From the NCBI GenBank assembly GCA_024679065.1, contig JAGIQG010000003.1, positions 98,518,001 through 98,582,000 on the forward strand: 64,000 nt of DNA, written 5' to 3'. Positions 39,006 to 51,949 of this stretch are shown here, in pieces. How positions within the stretch are numbered: the first letter of the stretch is position 1; each line of letters begins with the position of its first letter. The DNA is from Sphyrna mokarran. Its lineage: Eukaryota. The position numbers and the translations under genes were made by a program. The notes under the pieces are model-generated. The model saw only the letters and a list, made by a program, of their open reading frames with translations, had not been told where the DNA came from and did no database searches.

Positions 39006-39879
39006 TAATTTTTTCTGGGGTTGAAAAATACTTGCGTCAAAAATCCACATTCATTTCTTCAGAAGTTGGAGGTCCTCTTGGTGATGACCATGGCAAAATT
39101 ATATTTCCTCCTGCACAATATTTGCATTTGCTGGTGTGGGTTTTGGATGTCCTAAAAAAACGCATTTCCTTAAAGAGTTTGTGATCACTGAGGGAAGCCT
39201 GCTGAGGATTCAGGAACATTCTAAAAGTTAAATGTAAATTGTTTTGAAACCTTTAATTGTCAGTATTAAATGCTGTGTTGTAATGAAGATATTTTTAATT
39301 CACTTATTCACTATAGGGATCTATCCTCCCAAGGTAAGTTGACCCTTGCATTGGCCAGCATTGTATAACTGTTGTCATGCATTACAGTACTTTTTCCATT
39401 GGAAGAACAAACTGACATAATGCATTAGAAAAGTAAAAGAAGGTCTGTTAAACTCTGCTGTTAATTTTTATGTTACGATTTAAATCGGTTGACAGCTGTG
39501 GCTCTTAAGAAAGAAGCCTTACTTTTGAAGGTTGAAATGAAATCTTTGTGCCTGCTCCCATTCATAGATTGATTGACAGTCTGCTTTGAAATGCAAATTG
39601 AACAGCATTCTGTTCTATGAGTTTTAGATGATGGAGCTGGAAGCTTTTATTATAGCAGCTTTAGTCATTATGAATGCTTGGCTGGATTTGAAAAACTACT
39701 AATGGCATCAGCTTACCAGATGACCAACTGATGCAAAAGCTTTTGAAATTTTTAAGAGGCTGTAATAACAGAATATGCATTTATTGCGGTTTCTTGTTTG
39801 TTTACACACCTAATAGGAATTTAAAGGATTGCATTTCTTTGCTCTGGAGTACTCTTTCTTTCGTTCTAGTATCATAGAT

Positions 39880-40460
39880 AGCGGGGGCAATTCTCCCATC
39901 CCAGCGGGTTGGGGAACTTGAGTGGAGGTCGATTCAGGTTGAGCATCCAGGCCACCGTGCATCTCCCAGCCCTGGATTTCTAATACCATCAGCTCCGCAC
40001 CAGAAATTGGCAGTGCCTAATGTACTCAGTCCCTAATTTGAATCTACTTTAAGTTCCATTAGTGGGCCTGTGACTGAAGTCTCCAGACCTGCTCGCCATT
40101 TGAGAAACTTGTCACAATCCAGGACATGTTTTGAAAACCAGCAATCATGGAGGCCAGCAACGTGGGGATCACGGGACTAGTCAGCAATCAGGAGGCTGGC
40201 AGTGCGGGCTACTGCACATACACCGATCTCAGTGCTGACAAATGGTACATGCGCAGTTACCTACTCAGTGCTATGCTGCTGGCCTTTCCAGTGGGAATAT
40301 ACTTCACTCACTGATTTGTGGAGTGACTCACGCTAGTGCACTCCGCTATGCGCATAGTGTGGGAGATTCATTTTGAAACTCCTGCTGAAGAAAATAGCAT
40401 GATCTACTCTATTTGTGATGCTAATTCAACACTTAGAATTTTTTGGGAGAAGCTTTGCCA
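39880..40460. mobile_element. MITE / non-autonomous DNA transposon
   Basis: gggggcaattctcccatccc ... aattcaacacttagaattttttgggagaa; inverse relative of 17538-18190. Confidence 0.7.
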
Positions 40461-40959
40461 GTTTGTTTGAATTCAGGGTTTTATTGGATTGGTTGAAGTG
40501 TATTTTTTTCAATGATTTTTAAAAATTCACATTGCTTTTGAATGGCTTCTGAAGACTGTACATAGTGCATATTGTGTGAGTGGCTATGAAGGATGCATGG
40601 GATAGCATGTGGATGGGTGTGGGGATGAGGGGACATAGATGGCATTGGTGGAGAGATGAGATCTGGGAGGCCTTTAAACATGGTGGGAACTTGGCTGCTC
40701 TGGAGAAAGGCGAGCCTTCTAACTGGCTTGCCTTTCCATAAACTCAAAATGTGTTTCAACTCAATTCCTGTACGAAAAGGCAAAACTCCTGGGCAAAGTC
40801 ACAAATGAGTAGGGTGTGTATTTCAGAAGGTGCAAGAAAGCACAGGTTGGTTTTACCAAACCCACAGGAGACTCCAGCTCTCTGTCTCAGCTTATGATAT
40901 CAATTAAATTATTAACCCTCAGAATTTTTATGAAATAAGTAATAATTTATAGTCCATTG

Positions 40960-41905
40960 TATCATGACATCATGGCAGGTGTTCCTCAGGATGTGCCCTT
41001 GGTCCAACCATCTTCAGCTGTTTGATCAGTGACCTTTTCTCCATAAGATCAAAAATGGGAATGTTGGCTGATGTTTGCATTGTTTTCAGTACCATTCATA
41101 ACCACTTAGAAACCAACTGTGTCCATATGCAACAAGACCTGGGTGATATTCTAGCTTGTATAATAAGTGGCAAGTAACATTCAAGCCATACAAATACCAC
41201 ACAACGATCATCTTGAACAGTCGAGAATTGCACCATCTCCTCTTCATGTTCAACAACATTATTATCACTGAAATTTCCCACATCAGCAGCCTCAGAGTTA
41301 CCATTTATCACAAACTTAACTAGACTAGCCATTTAAATACAATGGCTGAGAAACCAGGTCAGAGATTGGGAATTCTGCGTACCTTGCTTGACTCCTCAAA
41401 CCTTGTCCAACATCTTCAAGGCACAAGGCAGGAGTGTGACGGATTACTCACCACTTGCCTAGATGAGTGCAGCTCCAACATCATTCAAGAAGCTCGTCAC
41501 AATCCAGGACAAAGCAGGTTATTTAATCGGCATCTCATTCAGCATCTTAAGCATGCAACTTCTCCACTACTCCGTATTGTGGAACAGTGTGTATCATATA
41601 CAAGGTGCACTGCAGCCATGTGCCAAGGCTCTTTTGACAGCATCTTACAAACACAGAACTTTTACCACCCAAAAGGACAAGGGCAAAAGATGAGTGAGAA
41701 TATGATAAATGCAACTTCCCATCCTAGACCACACGCTATCCTAATTTGGAACTATATTGTCATTCTTTCACTGTTGTTGGTTCAAAATCCTTGCGCTTTC
41801 TCCCTAATGACACTGCAGGTGTACCTACACCAGATGACTGCAGTAAATCAAAAAGGCAGAGTAATAATTGCTGGCCTTGCCAGAGATACTCATACGGCAC
41901 TTCAA
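40960..41905 (+). mobile_element. Non-LTR retrotransposon RT 3' half (CR1/L2 clade)
   Basis: AGVPQ..LGPTIFSCLISDL, MLADVC (FADD) motifs and MSAAPTSFKKLVTIQDKAGYLIG; accounts for the 197-aa off-frame ORF. Confidence 0.85.
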
Positions 41906-43317
41906 AAGCAAAATAGCCATTCTGCTGAGATCTAAGCATGTTGATGATAAAGACAATCAGCATGATTGTACATCAAATATACAATGAATGGATAAGTATA
42001 TTTTGCAGTTTTAGCATGAAACAAGTTATTCTACTGCAATGTATATCACTCAGAAATTTGAGAGTCAAACCTGGGGACGCAAAAGCTAGTAGGGGGCCTT
42101 CCCTCCTCACCATGTTTGAGTCATACCTAAAGTATTTTAAATTGCACGATTAACCTTCCATTTAGTTCTTTAAAACCACAACTTTTGCATACGTAATCAG
42201 AAATGCATAGTTGGAAATTTTTAACTGGTTTTTGAAGGACAGCAGATTTTAAAGTGCCTGTGATGGTTAGCATTGTTAAACTGGCACTGGAATGTCTGCA
42301 GGAGGGAAAATGAGATCCTACATAGCAGCTCAAAATTGTTTAAAAGTTAGAGAAGTGGTTTCAGACAGAGAAATTATTTTAGTATCATTGGATGGAGAGA
42401 GCTTTTTAGTGAATATTGATGTGATCAATTTTCTGCTTTTCCCCTTTTGCCTGAGACCAAAAATTCACCCCAGCCAAAATAAATACAACAGGGTCAATCA
42501 ATGCTCAAAGAATTTTTACTTTGCCTTAGGATTCGACTGCTATTCTTGCCCATTATGTAATTAAAAATAATCCTGGATTAATGATTAAATTGAAAATAAT
42601 ACTTTCATACATTACATTGGTTGTTTATAGACATTAGCTGACATTTCACATCTCATATTCCCATTAATGGGTACCTGAAAAAAAATGTTATCTCTGTCAC
42701 TGACCAATTATATATAAAAAATTTCTATGTATTTGTTGATATTCAGATCTGTGTTTAGTTGAAATATGAGGAAAGCCTTGGTGATAATGGTAAACTGACT
42801 GGATGGAAGAAGGCTCGTTTTTGTCCCATGAAAGGGTCTTCATTTAGTTGGTTGTTTTATTGCACCAATTTACATTAGCAACTGTCATTTCTCCAGAAAG
42901 CTTTTGCGTACACTTCATCTGAGGTCTAAGAAGTGACACATGCCAACATTCATAGTCTCTCTTTATGTCAGTTCCACACTTTTATAGCCTTTTTATTTAA
43001 ACCACATTTCACCAAGCTGCATTAGAGCGTATTTGAATATTTCATTTCCTATTAATTATGCACTGTGACCCATGCTGTCATTATGGGAAGAGAGTGACCC
43101 ATCTCATGTAACAAAGTCTGCAAAGAATTGTTGGATATTCCTGCTGAGGGGAGAAAAATTCCTGAATGGTGCGGAAACCCTGGCCAGGTGTGGTCAGTCT
43201 ACTGCTGTGATGTGTAGTAAATGACAGAAATGAATTTCAGAAAGCAAGCACAAACGACATTTTGCTAAACTGACGAGCTGAGCATGAAGGCATGCTTAGT
43301 GACAGTGACCTACATGG

Positions 43318-43545
43318 NNNNNNNNNNNNNNNNNNNNNNNNNNNNNNNNNNNNNNNNNNNNNNNNNNNNNNNNNNNNNNNNNNNNNNNNNNNNNNNNNNN
43401 NNNNNNNNNNNNNNNNNNNNNNNNNNNNNNNNNNNNNNNNNNNNNNNNNNNNNNNNNNNNNNNNNNNNNNNNNNNNNNNNNNNNNNNNNNNNNNNNNNNN
43501 NNNNNNNNNNNNNNNNNNNNNNNNNNNNNNNNNNNNNNNNNNNNN
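43318..43545. other. Assembly gap (228 N)
   Basis: Run of N. Confidence 1.
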
Positions 43546-44196
43546 CTAGACCATTTTATATAAATCATGAAATATGCTGTCTGCTGGCAAGGTACTTATT
43601 TAGATTAGTTATAAACGTGCAGAAAAAGGGAACATCTTCGCAGTATAAAATAATCATGCATAATTATATTCATAATTCAAGCTTGTGACAGATTCCATCT
43701 TTCTTATTCTTGTTGTCCTTTGCCTTCATTCTGGCTTCATTTGATTTCTGTTATCTTGATGACATAATTAACTGTTAAAGCTCAGAAAATAAGGAGACCT
43801 TCGAGAAGAAAAAGGTTGGTTGCTTTTTAATGGCACCAAAAGCTTTATGTGCCATACATATTCAGTCATACATTTCTAGAAGAAAATCATTTCGTGTCAT
43901 TTTGGTGAATTACAAAACAGTACTTTCACAGGATGATGGGATTTTAGCTTCGTTTCACATTAAAATGTTGATTCCTACTCATTTTTGTTGTCAGTTCTTG
44001 GCCTGTTAGTTTTTTTTTTGTAAATCATAAAGACCTTTATGACCAGTTTTAAAATATAAAATTTTTTTTTAATTTTAAATGAAAAAATTAAACATGTACA
44101 AATGGGTGTGTTTTTTTTATTGTCTCAGGAAAGCACAACAACTTTATTTTTTAAAATGTTGATTATCTGAAGATTTCATGTATCATTTCTTTTCAG

Positions 44197-44284
44197 ACAT
44201 CTCAACAATGAGCATGCACTGGATGACAGAAGTACAGCACAGTGTCGAGTACAGATGCAGGTTGTACAACAGCTGGAACTTCAG
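44197..44284 (+). CDS. FOXP1: FoxP exon, end of zinc finger and start of leucine zipper
   Basis: Acceptor tttcttttcag, donor CAG|gtaagt; 88 nt (phase 2 to 0). (K)[29 protein letters not shown], the highly conserved FoxP coiled-coil motif. Confidence 0.96.
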
Positions 44285-44429
44285 GTAAGTTTTTTTCTGA
44301 AACAGATGCTTTGACCCAATTACCCAGCTGGTTTACCATAATCAAACATCTAGCGGTAACAGGCATACAACAATTAACATCTATCTCAGTTGAAGTTCTT
44401 AACTACAGCCGGGGACTATTGTCATCATT

Positions 44430-44900
44430 CCGTTAATGCTTCCTCAGTTCTTTCTTCTCAGGCAGTCCTTCAGAGCTGGGGACAACTTACTTCCACACGA
44501 AAAATGAGTTCTCAGGTGATTGAGATCCAATGTGCCACCTATATTCTGTGTCACAGGAGGGGCAGTTGTTGGAGGACTGAATGGGTGGGGTGCCCAGGTT
44601 GCCACCCACTCGTTTCACTGCCAATGCTGGGCTTCAGCTTGTTCTTGGTGATGAAACTTGAGGTGTTCAACTCCTTCCCAAGTGCTTTTCCTGCACTTCG
44701 GGTAGCCTTGTGCTAGGGATTCCCAGGTTGTCAGTAGGAATGTTGCACTTGTTTCAAGCAAGTGTTGACGGTGTCCTTGAAGTGATTTTTCTAACTTCCC
44801 GGGACCATTTGCTTGGTTGAAGCTCCGAGTGCAGGACTTGTTTTGGAAATCTTGCAGTACTGTGGCCCATCAAGCAGAATTGATAGAGTGTGGTCAGTGC
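44430..44900 (-). mobile_element. RTE-like LINE 3' fragment
   Basis: ggcagtccttcagagctggggacaacttacttccacac..aaatgagttctcaggtga..tgtcacaggaggggcag tail; minus strand reads KNHFKDTVNTCLK (RFKDTLK-like). Confidence 0.6.
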
Positions 44901-45544
44901 TGGAGATTTGTACAAGGAGGTTTGTTCTTCAGATATGTATTTTCCTTAAATACTATACTAGCATCTGTAGCTCCTTTTCCTGATCCAATTGACTTCCAAT
45001 ATCAGTTCTTTTCACCAACAAATGAAGTCATGGGACCAGTACTCAATGGTATAGCTATTTCATCCTGCATAGTATCAGTGAAGAGGTCACTGTGATCCCA
45101 TTTTAGTCATAGATTTTTCCATTTGCAGTCTATAGGTTGAAATGGTGCTGTCTCCTAATCGTATGTCCAGCAGCTAGGTTTACTAAGGAGCAGACAAAAG
45201 AGTGGAAATGGGGTGTGTGGAGATACAAAAGATGGGCTGGACAAGACAATAAATAGCAACTTGGGTAAGGTGGGCGGGGGGTGTTGGGGAGTAGTGGGGT
45301 AGCAGCAGCAGCTGGTTCAAATCCCACCGTAGCAGGTTTTGGAGTTAAATTTGAAATATGTGATAATTAAATAGCTGACTTTAAATAACCTATGACTCTT
45401 TGCAATAGTAATTTTCTAAAATTTTCAGAACTTTTAAGTGCCTGAGTGCTTTGCACCCAAAAAAAGTTAACTTTCTAAAGTTTTCTCAAAAGACCACAAA
45501 TTTGAGCAGTTCGCAAAAAACTTGTTAAAAATTAACAAAAAAAA

Positions 45545-45785
45545 ATAGGGATGAGAAAACTTTTTTTCCCTGAGGGTCATGAGTTTTCAAAACTATGTTT
45601 CCTGGAGAATGGTGGAGATAAGACCACTCAAAATTTTTAAGGCAGAGGTCAATAGGCCTTTCAGTGGAAGGTGGATGCAATATGGAGTTGAGGCCACAAT
45701 TCGATGAGACATGATCTTACTGAATGGTAGAATGGCTGGAGGGTCCCAATAGCTTCTTCCTGCTCCTAATTCATATGTTTGTATC
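45545..45785 (+). mobile_element. CR1 3' tail
   Basis: gatgagaaaacttttttt..tttaaggcagaggt..catgatcttactgaatgg..cctgctcctaattcatatgtt. Confidence 0.75.
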
Positions 45786-46489
45786 AAACTTCCAATGGTG
45801 ATTCATGCAGTTGGTGGATAGTGGAGGCAGTATCAATCACAGTGATTTATAAACTAATGTATAAGATTGTGGGAATCCTTTCTGGCACTGGACATAATCT
45901 GCATTGGAAATTCTGCAATCTTCTGCACTCATATGGCCAATTTTGCACATATTGCACTGAAAACAATAGAATATTCCAGCTGAATGTGTAATGCACATTT
46001 GTTCCGCAAAATCTATGAACTCCAACAAACAACAGCAAATTTGGTGATAACATTCTGTATGTGTCACTGAGTATAGGTCAGAAATTGTACTGTTTTGGAG
46101 GACAGCAACTAGCATAGAAAGAAGATAAAAAAAAGTTACAGCACAGCCAGTTTCTGTACCATTTTTAATCACACTATAACAGTTTTGCTAGCAGTGCAGA
46201 ATAAAAGTAATGGCAAAAAAAGAAAGCAGTGGTAAGCCATGGATTGTACTGTCAGGCAGGCATGAAAAGTTGTTGTTAACATGGTAAACAAGCATACTTA
46301 CTTGGAGAAATATCAGCAAGATATAGTAACTGAGACATTGGATGTGGAAATATAGTTATACATTATGTATAACGTAGTGGAAGAGGGAATTTACAACAGG
46401 AAGGAATTTGCATCAGTCAAATCACCATATCTTAATCCCCTCTGATGCTATGTTTAAATGAAAAACTGGCATATAAGTAAGAGAGCATG

Positions 46490-48190
46490 ACTTTTATTGT
46501 TCATTTGTAGGATATAAATAAGCATTGCTGGCAAGGTTAGCACTTATACAGTTCTAGCTGTCCTTGAAAAGTGATGGTGAGCCACCTTCTTGAACCATTC
46601 AACTCTATGTGGTATACATACATCCACAATGCTATTAGGAAGTAAATTCCAGGATTTTGAGTCAGCGACAGTAGCAAAAAAAAGCTCCCAAATCAGTATT
46701 ATGTGTGACTTAGACGTAACTGTGTTGGTGGTAATATCTATTTGTTCTTTTAAATGATCAACATCATGGATTTGGAAGATACTGTTGAAGGAACCTTGGT
46801 AAGTTGCTGCAGTGAATCTTGTAAATTGTAAACACTGCTCCCTTCGTGAAAGGTGCATGGAGTACCAATTAAACAAGCTGCTTTGTCCTTGACTGTGTTA
46901 AGCTCCTTGAGTGTTGCTGAAGCTGCATTGATTCAAGCAAGCGGAGGGTATTCTATCACACTCCCAACTTGTGCCTTGTATATTGGGACAGGCTTTGGGG
47001 AGAAAAAAAGTGAGTTATTCACCTTAGAATTCCCAACATTTGACCTGATCTTTGAGCCACAATATTTATATGACTAGTTCAGTCAAATTTCTGGTTTATG
47101 GTGACTCCCAGGATGTCATTCATGGATAATTCAGTAATGGTAAAGTTATTGAGCATTACGGGGAGATGACTAGATTCTGTCTTGCTGAAGATGGTCATTG
47201 CCTGGCATTTGTGTGGGTGAATATTATTTACTAGTGATCAAGCCTGAATGTTGTCCAGACTTAGCAGCATGCTTGCAAGAGACAGCTTCAGTACCTAAGG
47301 AGTTGCAAATGATACATAGCATTCTGCATTTGTCAGGAAACATCCCATCCCTGACGTTATATTGGTGGGAGGTCAATAATGAAGTAGCTGAAGACAGTTG
47401 AGTTGAAGACACTACTTTGATGTACACCTGCAGTGATGTCCGAAGGCTGAGATAATTGCCCGGCAACAACCAGAACCATCTCTCTTTTTGTTAGTTATGA
47501 GTGCAACTCCAGTAGAGAGTTTTCCCCTGATTCATTGACTTCAGTTTTGCTAGGGCTGTTTGCTGTCACACTTGGTCAAGTGTTGCCTTTTTGTCATGGG
47601 CTGTCATTCTTAACATACCTTTGGAATTCAGCTGTTTTGTTCACCTTTGGAACTGTCACGAGATCTAAAACCGAGTGATCCTAGCAGAACTTTAAACTAA
47701 GCATTGATGAGCAGGTTATTGCCGTGTAAGCGCTGCTTGATAGCACTGTCAGTGTCACATGCTGTCACGTTATTGATGATTAAAAATAAATTGACTGGAT
47801 TGGAATTCTCATGCATGGGCAATTTTCCACATTTTTTGATAAATGCCAGTTTTGTACCTATGGTGGAAAAGCTTGGCAAGAGGCATGGCTAGCCATGGAG
47901 CACAAGTCTTCAGTCCTGCTAAAGGGATGCTGTCAGAGACCATCTCCTTTGTTGTAACCAATGCATTCAGCTGTTTTTAATATCATATTCAGTGAATCAA
48001 TTGGCAAAACATTGACATCTATGATGTCTAGGATTTCAGGTCAAGGCAGAGATGGCTCATCCACTGTAACAATTTTGGTTAATCATAGTTTTAAATGCTT
48101 CAACCTTGTTTTTTGCATTGAAGTGTGGACTCCTCCATTGTTAAGGATTGGGATGTTAGTAGAAGTTTTTCAGCCCACCCATGTCTGCCA
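46490..48190 (-). mobile_element. Non-LTR retrotransposon, about 1.7 kb (same family as 40960-41905)
   Basis: Minus-strand SKSWNLLPNSIV..WFKKVAHHHFSR at the 3' end; RT-region homology upstream. Confidence 0.85.
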
Positions 48191-49774
48191 CAGGATGATT
48201 TTTTTTTTAATTTGAACTATCTATGATGGGAAACTATCATGATGGGATTCAAACCCGGAACCCCAGAACATTGCTCTAGGTTAATAAATTCCCAGTGACC
48301 TATACCACCAGGCCACAGGAGGTTTATTTTAAAACTGGTCAAATAACTAAATAAAATATATCAAATAAGCTAAGTAACAAATATAAAGAGGCAGATACTT
48401 GTGCCACCTCCTCTGATTAGTCGTTTAATTATCTATCACTCTATTACAACTGAATATGGTTGGATACAAATGGTAAAGCCACAGACATTAGGATCATTGA
48501 ATTCATTGTGTTTCATTTTTTCTGTGAATAGCTGGCTGGCATGCATCTGAATGCAAAGCAGACAAATAAAGAAATGAGAAAAGCCAAAACCAGCAAAGAT
48601 CTCCATTTCAAAAGAAATGGAGAGAGGTTATGATCCAAAATTGTTGAACTGAATGATGAAATCCAGAAGATTGGAGAATGTTGAGTTGAAAAGTGAGGAA
48701 TGCTAACAGAAAAATCAGAGTGGGTGCAAGGTGGAGAATTGAATTGGCGAGTGACAGGAAACTCAGAGTTATGCCTGTGGAAATGAGGAGATAGCAATGG
48801 TAGATTTGTTTTTGATGGAGATATAGAATCCCTACAGTGCAGAAGGAGACCATTTGAACCATCAACCAACATGACAACCTAGATCCTAGAATGCAATGAG
48901 TTAATGGAAATGAATGCTTCTGCACTTTACTGATGAAATCCTTAACGGTATCTATTGTCACCTCCAAACTTGATTACCTTAGTATTGTTCTTCGCAAAGT
49001 CTTGAGCCCCTTCAGAAATTACAACTCATCCAAAACCTTTTCCAACTGCTCCAGTAGCTATAAGATTTATACAACTGCTCCACAATCATGAATCTTACAT
49101 AAATGTGTGGGAAAGTAACAGCAAGTGACCTTTGAGGGAGATGGGGGTGGTGGAATTAGAATACAATGGGAATCTTGCATCAATATTTTGTGTTGCAACA
49201 ACAAGTCAAAAGGTGTAATATAAATCTGTTATTTATGCCCATTCAGCAGTAACTCATCCATCGATAAAACTTAAAAGTCAATTTCAAATACAGCTGAAAT
49301 ACAGGAGAACAGGAGAACGTTATGCATAACTAGAAAGAATCTTGCATCAGTTTCTGAACAACTCAAATAGTTCAGAGGTAACTACACAGGAAGTTGCAAG
49401 GTACAAAGGCCACAATAAATCTCAACATCTTTCATAACTAGTGATAAAGTAGTTGCTTTTTATGTTTGACAGTGAAATAAAGATCATGTTTTGAAGATCT
49501 TGCATTCATTCAAATATCAATAACGCTCTTAAGGCTGTTAAAATTTCTCTATTCTGACTAGTGGCAGAAAAGAAAATTGCTTCTGAAAACACAGACTGGT
49601 GAATTTCCTATGAAGCATTTTGCTGGAGATGTATTTTAACCTGATGGCTTTACTAATGGACCATAACAGATTTGCTTCTAGAAAGGATCGCCTGTTTCCT
49701 GGAATTTCCATTTGACTGTCTATCATAATCATCGTGTCCTCTGGTATTTTTTTCACAGATAGAGGTGCCGAGAG

Positions 49775-49995
49775 TTTGAGGATCCAGTTTTCTGGCAGCA
49801 GTCATGTTATACTGATCTGTTGTGACATCAGTATTCCAGCCACTAGATCAAAGCAGAATGGCTGCTGCTAGGTGACAAAGGCTGTCAACTGGCCATGTAG
49901 TTCACGATTCCCTTCCATAACTAAACCACACATGGCAGCATACAAATGAAGGAAAGTCTTGTTGTCACATGGAACACCATCGACCATTTCACTAA
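49775..49995 (+). mobile_element. Harbinger transposase relic
   Basis: FSGSSHVILI (PGSSHD-like) and WLLLGDKGC (WLLGDKGY) motifs; inverted homologue at 52040-52180. Confidence 0.65.
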
Positions 49996-50218
49996 TGGTC
50001 TAATTCAGTGATTTAGTTGGTAAGATGGGAGGAATCATTGAGTACTTGTCAGTGTGTGGGACGATTCATTGTGTGGTCTGCTGTAACCTATTATGAGGAT
50101 ATAGCTCAGACCATCGAGAATAAGGTAAATAGCTCAGAAAGAATGAAGAAGGCAGCCAACACTGTCCCTTTCTGGTTGTGGTGTCTGTAATTGTCTAATC
50201 TGATTGTGGTAGCAATAA

Positions 50219-50369
50219 GAAGTCTGACTTCACCAGGTTTAAGTCCAACCGATTTATTTGATAGTAAGCTCGCAAGCTTTCGGGTTTGTCCTTTCGTCAG
50301 GTGAATGGAGAGTTCTGGCCTCAGACACAGCATATAACAACACAGACAGTTTACATATTACTCAGTCTG
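50219..50369 (-). mobile_element. Penelope-like terminal fragment with 13-bp flanking direct repeat
   Basis: Homologous to the 34063-34149 arm; gtggtagcaataa at 50206-50218 and 50370-50382. Confidence 0.75.
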
Positions 50370-50384
50370 GTGGTAGCAATAAAC

Positions 50385-51305
50385 ATACTTTCAGTAAGGT
50401 CCTCAGGGTAGTGTCCTAGGCCCACCCATTTTCAGCTGCTTCATCAGTGATTTTCTTCTATCATTAGTCAGAAGTGAGCATGTTTGCTGATGATGGCACA
50501 ATGTTTAGTACCATTTGTGACTCCTCAGATAGTAAAACAGTCCACATCCAAATGCAGCAAGACCTGGATAATACGCAGGCTTTAGTTGACAAGGAACGTA
50601 CATGGCATATAAATGAGGATCTAACCATTGCCTTTTAACATTCAATGGCAGTACTGTTATTAAATCCCCCACTATCAACACCCTGGTGGTTATCATTGAT
50701 CAGAAACGGAACTGAATTAGCCATGTAAGTACTTTAACTGCAAGGGCAACTCAGAAGCTAGGAATCCTCTAGCGAATCTCCCTCATCCCCCCTCCTCCTA
50801 TAAAGCCTGTCCACCTTCTACAGGTTGCAAATCAGGAGTATGATGGAATACTGTCCACTCACTTAGATGAGTACAACTTCAAAAATATCTAGGACAAAGC
50901 AGCCAGTTAGATTGGCATCCCATCAACAAATAGTCACTCCTTGCACCACTGATGTTGATGACATCTGTGTGTACCATCAACAAATTGCACTGCAGGAACT
51001 CACTAAGGTTCCTTAGACAACATCTTCCAAACCCTATTACCATCTAGAAGGACAAGGGCAGCAGATACATGAGAACACCACCACCTGGAGTTTTCTCTTC
51101 AAGTCACTCACCATCCTGACTTGGAAATATAGTTCCTTCACTATTGCTGGGTCAAAATCCTGGAATTCCTTCCCTAACAGCACTATGGATGTACCTACAT
51201 CACATTGACTGCAGTGGTACAAGAAGGCAGCTCATCAGCATCTTCTCCACAGCAATTAGGGGATAATAAATGTTGATCTAACCAGTGACATCCATCTCCA
51301 CGAAT
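50385..51305 (+). mobile_element. Non-LTR retrotransposon RT 3' half
   Basis: GPQGSVLGPPIFSCFISD, MFADDG, SKSWNSFPNST; ends in a cgaataaa tail. Confidence 0.88.
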
Positions 51306-51474
51306 AAATTTAATAATTCCACATTCTACAACAGTTCCACACCTTGCCTCCCCTCTGTCACTGACAATGGCAGTGTCCACTGAGCTGCATTGCTGAAAGA
51401 AAAACCACCACAGAACAAACATTACATTCTAACCTTAGCAACTAAGCCATTCAATATTTCCTCCGAAAGTGAAT

Positions 51475-51610
51475 AGGGGATGGCCAAATGGTACTATCAT
51501 AGACTATTAATTCAGAAACTCAGTTAATGTCTTGAGGACCCAGGTTCAAATCCCACCACGGCAGCTGGTGGAATTTGGATTCAATAAAAAAAATCTAGAA
51601 TTAAGAATTA
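51475..51610 (+). mobile_element. tRNA-headed SINE 5' fragment (second family)
   Basis: B box ggttcaaatcccaccacggcagctggtggaattt; related fragments near 45310 and 48240 (-). Confidence 0.65.
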
Positions 51611-51631
51611 ATTAAGTCCACTCTGCTTTTA

Positions 51632-51932
51632 AGCAGCATGGTGGCACAATGGTGCATTGCTTGCTCACAACACTCAGGTTCAATTCCCAGCTTGGGCCAT
51701 TGTCTGTGTGGAGTTTGCATGTTCTCCCCATTTTGCTTGGGTTTCCTCCAAAAGTCCAAACATGTGCGGGTTAGGTTGATTTGCCATACGAAGTTGCCCC
51801 TTAGTGTCAGGTGTGGCAAACAGGGTAAATGCATGGGGTTATGGGGATAGGCCCTCAGTGGGATTATGGTCAGTGCAGGCTGTCGACTGGCCATGTAGTT
51901 CACAACTCACTTTTGCACTGTAAGATTCTATA
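51632..51932 (+). mobile_element. V-SINE (HE1-like)
   Basis: gcagcatggtggcacaatgg..ggttcaattccc..ggagtttgcatgttctcccc..ttgcactgtaagattcta. Confidence 0.9.
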
Positions 51933-51949
51933 AAGTGTATTCACTTACT

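Noticed and set aside
41342-41935. Longest ORF (197 aa) as a novel gene
   Set aside because: It lies inside a decayed LINE and is largely out of frame with the LINE protein; no splice or promoter support.
43284-43688. ORFs containing X runs
   Set aside because: Artefacts of the N gap.
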